Origin: the human T2T-CHM13v2.0 reference genome, Homo sapiens | Assembly (NCBI RefSeq): GCF_009914755.1 | Contig: NC_060927.1 | DNA length: 64,000 nucleotides | Reading direction: 5' to 3' (one strand) | Shown here: in pieces, positions 59,112 through 64,000 of the stretch | How positions within the stretch are numbered: the stretch's first letter is position 1 | How the letters are laid out: each line of letters starts with the position of its first letter | Translations under genes and position numbers: made by a program | Notes under the pieces: model-generated | Database searches by the model: none | What the model saw: the letters and a program-made list of their open reading frames with translations, nothing else | Told to the model about the DNA's origin: nothing

Positions 59112-59569
59112 TAGTCACAGAAACATTGACTAATATCTACTGTTCATCAAGGGAAGGTACGTAGGGCTGTAAAGATGTCCTCACCATTTCATCCTCATAA
59201 TAACCCACTTATTCCCAGTACACAGAGGAGGGAATTCGACTCCAAGCCCACACAGCAGACCAGGCCCTAACTTCTCTCTCTTTTTTTTTTTTTTTTTTGT
59301 TTTTTTTTGCTTTTCCCCTTGAAATTATTTAGTGGATTGTGCGTATTATCACATCAGTCCTATTCCTTCTGGTTTAAAATCTCCTCTGTTTCTTGGTGGT
59401 AATTTTCACCATCTGCTCCGACATCCCCTTGATCTTGATGTCACATTGGAAGAGAACTGATAAATCAGTGCCTGCAAGGACCTATGATGGTACCAAACAG
59501 AGAGAGAGTAGAGTCTGTCAATGAAAATCTTTCAGAACTAAAAGTCTGCATCTCTGACAAAGGGCTTTC

Positions 59570-60042
59570 AGGTGCTGCAGCAAAGATGGCTTTTCGTAAG
59601 TAAATTTGCTCCTTCTTCCTTAGCAATGGAACACTCATTCTTTAGCTGAGATCATGACCCTCATGGATGACATCTCTTAGTTTCCTTTGCAGCTAAGGTG
59701 ACCATGTGATTAAGGTTTGGCTAACGGTATGCAAGAAGAGCGGTCTGTGCAACCGCCAGGAACTATGCCCTGAAAGAAAGGTGATGTGTCTTTTTATAGC
59801 TGTTCCTTTTGGCTAGAACACAGACATGAAGGCTGGGGCTCAAGCGGCCAGATTGGAAGTAGTGTGCTGATGATAGTGGAGCAGGAACTTGGAAGGAGAT
59901 TGTATCTGATGATCAGGGAGCACCTTACCGGCCCTGGACTGCTTACCTTTGGACTTTGTGTAAGAGAGAAATCAACTTCAATCTAGGTTTTGTGACTTTA
60001 GGTTTTGTATTACTAGCAGCCTAATTTAATCCTAATGAAACA
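59570..60042 (+). mobile_element. Old MaLR solo LTR (MLT1J-like)
   Basis: 'cctttgcagctaaggtgaccatgtgattaag...ccctggactgcttacctttggact...ttactagcagcctaatttaatcctaa'. Confidence 0.7.
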
Positions 60043-60449
60043 GGCACTATAACAGGAAATAAGAATATCAGCCAGTGACTTTCCTGGTATACTTGAGTCA
60101 GGGAATTACTGGTTCTGCCTGCTTATGATGCTTATCCATATACTGTCCTTAAGCCAGAATGAAACTTGACTAGGAAACTGGGCTTATGAATGATCAGAAT
60201 GTATTCCAGCAATTGTATTTCAGGTGGCAAAACCCCTGCTTCTGGAAAGTCCTGGGAGAGTCACCTGCCCCTCAGTCTGGCCTTGGTATAACTTTCCCCT
60301 TGGGAAGCACATGTCTGTGAAAGCAGCTATTGCCTCTATCACCCCAGCCTCTAGAGTCACTTACCTAGCCCGGAGGAGTTACAAACTACCGTAATTGTCT
60401 CATATACAAAATGACTTTGTAAAAAGAAGCCCAGAAAACAGAGAACAAA

Positions 60450-60960
60450 GAACAGGATCAGAGCTGCAGTTTGAAAATATTGCTACAGAATGGATTTGGG
60501 CTGGGGGTGGAAAATTGGGAGCAGGGAGAAAAATTAGGAAGGTAATGAGATAATCCAGGAGACAAATGTTGAGTGCTGGAGCTAACGCATTGGGAGTAGA
60601 AATGTAAAGGAAGCAACAGCTTAATTAGAATTGTTGTGGGCATGAGATTACATAGTGATTATTCATAAAGGGAAAAGAGGGCAAAAAAATGAGAGCCAGT
60701 AAAAGAGATGGAGAAGGTAAAACTATAGGGGTAGGAGGAAAAGCAAGAGGGTGGGCATCACAGAACAGGGTACGTTTTAAAGAAGGGAGTGGTCAACAGA
60801 GTCCAAAGTACTAAAGAGGTCAAGAAGGATAAGGAGAAATTATATCAACTGGCTTCTATTGGTTTTGGCAATATGGTGGCCATTGGAAACTCCATCCTGA
60901 GCAGATCTGCTAAACTAATGTGCATGGAAGCCAGATTGCAGTTGACTGAGGGATTAAGAC
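60450..60960 (-). mobile_element. L2 fragment
   Basis: 'aattaggaaggt...ataatccaggagac' and 'ttttaaagaagggagtggtcaacag...agaggtcaagaaggataagga...ggaagccagattgcag'. Confidence 0.65.
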
Positions 60961-62589
60961 CTTTCTCCATCCTAGAATAAAGGAAGGAGTGGGATGAAGG
61001 GTCGTTTCTTTGGGATTACAGGAACTGCTAACACAGACATCAGGTGAAAGCAATTCTTACAAGAATCTTGGTTTGATATCTTAGAACACTTTCAATTCAT
61101 ACTGATGTTGTCTTTGGCTCACTGGAAATGGTATGAATAAAAAAACTTCAGCATTTTGACTGACTTCAACTTTTTGGATGTTTTGACTACTACCCAGTCA
61201 GTTGGGCCAAAATCAACTAAGAAATTATGCACATGGGTGTGATAGTTAAATACAAAATGTTTACTGTCTGTCCCAAGAGATAGTAAGGAAAAGTTCTGTT
61301 AATTAGGTCCTGTGTACATTTCCATTATCATGGCTAATTACCTGTTTTATTCAATGATATACTTTGTTAATTACCACTAGTGCTCTTGGTTCTCAGCCTA
61401 TTTTAAACATCTTACAATGCTTTCTTTATCTTCTAGGTGTAATTACCAGCCTAGCTTTTGTTTGTATTAAGAAGGCAAGATACATGGAACACGATGTGCA
61501 AATTACAGAAGCTACCCCGTCTTTGCGCTTTAAATTGAGAAATGTGGTCAGAAACTGGTCACATTTTAGAGTTAGAGGTGAAGTTATTAAGGTTATTTTG
61601 TGCAGCAGTTCTCACCCCAGGAGCAGACAAAAGATTTCTTGGTGGAACATGGGAATTTTATTCTATAAGACAGAATCAGATGTTACTATCAAATACATTT
61701 CTATACTACTACTACAGTTTTGATCCTCAAAACTTTTCATGTGTGGCCACTATGACAACAAAATGTCTATAACGTTGTGTTTCTCAGAAAAAAGTAGACT
61801 TTTGATTTCTATCACAAGTTCCAGGTTGTTGAAAGAGTGATTGATGGTTTATGAGATATTTGAGGCATTATCTGCATTTTACAAGGGGAAAAACTAAAGT
61901 CCATCTGGAGGACAAAGGACCTTCACAGAACTGCCAGTTGTGGAAACAGCAAAGTTAGAACTGAAATTCCTCCCTTTTCTTTCCACTAACCTGAACCCCA
62001 CACAGTCCATGCTGAAAAGGGAGGATAGGTGAGGTTCTGGGGTCACACAGACCTTGCTTTGAAGCCTGGGTCCCTCCCCTCTAAATCTCACTTGCCTCAT
62101 CTGGAGAATGGGAAGGACAGTAGTTGCCACAGTACTGGGATTGTTTTGATGATTAAATGAAAAAACGTATGGGCAGTTCTCACCTTGTGCTTGGCACATG
62201 GTGATTTCCCAACAAACATCAGCTGGCTTTAACAACACAGACCCAGAGCTGGCTGTGGCTTTGCTGGGTGCCCCAACTCCAGAAAAAAGTCTAGCATCCC
62301 TGTAAATGGAAATGTGATCAGTCTTCACCAGATTGGCATCTATTTGCTCTTTAGACACTTGCTGATGGTCAGTTTCAATTTAGACCCAGCAATGGCAATA
62401 TTCAAACATCAAAAGCATGTGGGTAAAAACATACTCCTTTTTTGTTGTTTTCCACATATGTGTATCTAAATAAATTAATTGGTTGGCCACCACCATATAG
62501 GGTCCTATGACTATCTGAGGCCAAATCTATTGAGGCCAGAGGGTAGAGCAATAAGGAGTATTGAACTTCCATCATATTTCCTGAATACT

Positions 62590-62775
62590 CTGTGATCTAC
62601 TAGAACTTTGGGAAAATTACTTGACTTCTCTGTGCCTTTGCTTCCTCATCTATACAGTGGAGGTAAAAGAGTACCTACCTCTTGGGTTATTGTGAGAATA
62701 AAATAAGATGCTGCACATAAAGTGCATAGCCAAAGACAGCACATCGTATGTCCTCAATTATTGAGCCATTAGCAT
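62590..62775 (+). mobile_element. MIR
   Basis: 'ttacttgacttctctgtgcctttgcttcctcatctata...gtacctacctcttgggttattgtgag'. Confidence 0.8.
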
Positions 62776-63180
62776 TGTTTCTGTCTCCTCTGCCACCACG
62801 ACCATCTCATTGTAGAGCTTGGTTCTAATCAGGATCAGGATATACAAATGTCATATGCAATTTGTAGAATGCTGCGGGTTTGATATTTGCATTGTTAGTT
62901 GTGTGTTTGAATTCTGTCCTCCAGATATGGTCTTACAAATTTTATTTATCCAAAAAATATGCAGTGATGATCTTTATTGAGCCTTTGAAATCTACTTTAA
63001 ATGCTGCTGTATACTATATACAGCAGTCCTAAACTTCCAAAAGTAAAATACATCTTCTTGACAATGGGCAATGCCTTATGATTAGTATCAAAACCACAAA
63101 CATGTAAGATTTATTTATTATGTGTCACATGACTTTGATAGACATTATCTCAGAAGGCCTCAGAAGGCCTTACGGGAGAG

Positions 63181-64000
63181 TGTCATAGTCATTAGGGCTG
63201 TTCACACAATTTCCTGCCTCTTTCAAGTGTGGTAATGAGGTAGGAGGTGGGACTTGACTTTAGAGGCGGAGCTTAGACACTGGACCAAACTGAGGACTAG
63301 CTAAAACAGGGACAGAGCAGAAGCAGCTTTCCATAATACATGCCCACCAGTGTGCCATGTGAGTTACCACGGCCATGGCAACACCAAAACTTACCACCTC
63401 TTTCCATGAAATTTCTGCATAACCTGTCCCTTAATTTGCAGGTAATTAAAAGTGTGTATAAATATGACTTCAGAACTGTCTTTGAGCTGCTACTCTGGAC
63501 ACACTGCCTATAGGGTAGCCCTGCTCTGCATGGAGCAGTACCTTTGCTGCTGCTGTACACTGCTGCTTCAATAAAAGTTGCCGTCTAACACCACTGGCTC
63601 ACCCTTGAATTCTTTCCTGGGAAAAGCCAAGAACCCTCCCAGGCTAAGTCCTAATTTTGGGGCTCGACTGCCCTGCATCAGTAGGACTGCACTTTTTGGT
63701 TTCTTTGAAGTTAGGTGGGGACATGTGACTTATTTGGCCAATGAGATAAGAGTGTTAGTAATGTGGGTCACTTCCAGGGGAAGCAGTGAATTGCCAGTGT
63801 GAGACAACACAGTGCTCTCTGGTCCTCTTCTACAGCGACTATGGAAGCACAGAGATTGAACTTCTGTTGGGCAGGGGCCGTGAGTGATGATAACAAGGAA
63901 TACAGCCTATTACTGATGTGTGAGGGGCATGAAGTGTGGGTGAGAAATAAACTTTTTTGTGTGCTAAGTCACTGATTTTGTGAGGTTATTATGGAAATAA
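63181..64000 (+). mobile_element. MaLR LTR (MLT1H/I-like) split by a MER66-type LTR; runs off the window end
   Basis: 'tttgaagttaggtggggacatgtgacttatttggccaatgag...gagaaataaactttt..gctaagtcactga'. Confidence 0.75.
63236..63680 (+). mobile_element. ERV1 solo LTR (MER66-like)
   Basis: TG...CA; 'gaggactagctaaaacaggg...ccatggcaac...tataaatatgac...aataaaagttg...gccaagaaccctccc...cctgcatca'; TSD gtaa/gtag. Confidence 0.85.

Overview
Primate (almost certainly human) non-coding DNA, intergenic or deep intronic. I found no credible protein-coding exon, tRNA, rRNA, snRNA or CRISPR array. The longer ORFs in the track come from Alu, LTR or low-complexity sequence and the short ones look like chance ORFs. 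The only protein-like translations are fossils: an RPL21 processed pseudogene, a hAT/Charlie transposase C-terminus and probably a Tigger transposase C-terminus. Much of the window is nested interspersed repeat: about 29 Alu/FLAM pieces, L1/L2/MIR remnants, about 15 solo LTRs (including full-length LTR12C, LTR1-type and MER66-type copies) and many hAT/Tigger MITEs. Repeat subfamily names come from recalled consensus sequences, and boundaries are approximate unless a target-site duplication (TSD) is quoted. I see no novel multi-gene system. The best candidate for an undescribed functional element is an enhancer-like block at 55.7-56.45 kb. It has two oppositely oriented DR3 (VDR/RXR-type) elements, an extra half-site, GATA sites and a palindromic MARE/ARE. 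Also notable are an Alu-RPL21 compound retro-insertion, a perfect 32-bp microsatellite hairpin, a fold-back templated insertion in a MER63, and an LTR12C with an apparently damaged core promoter. I could not determine the chromosomal locus.
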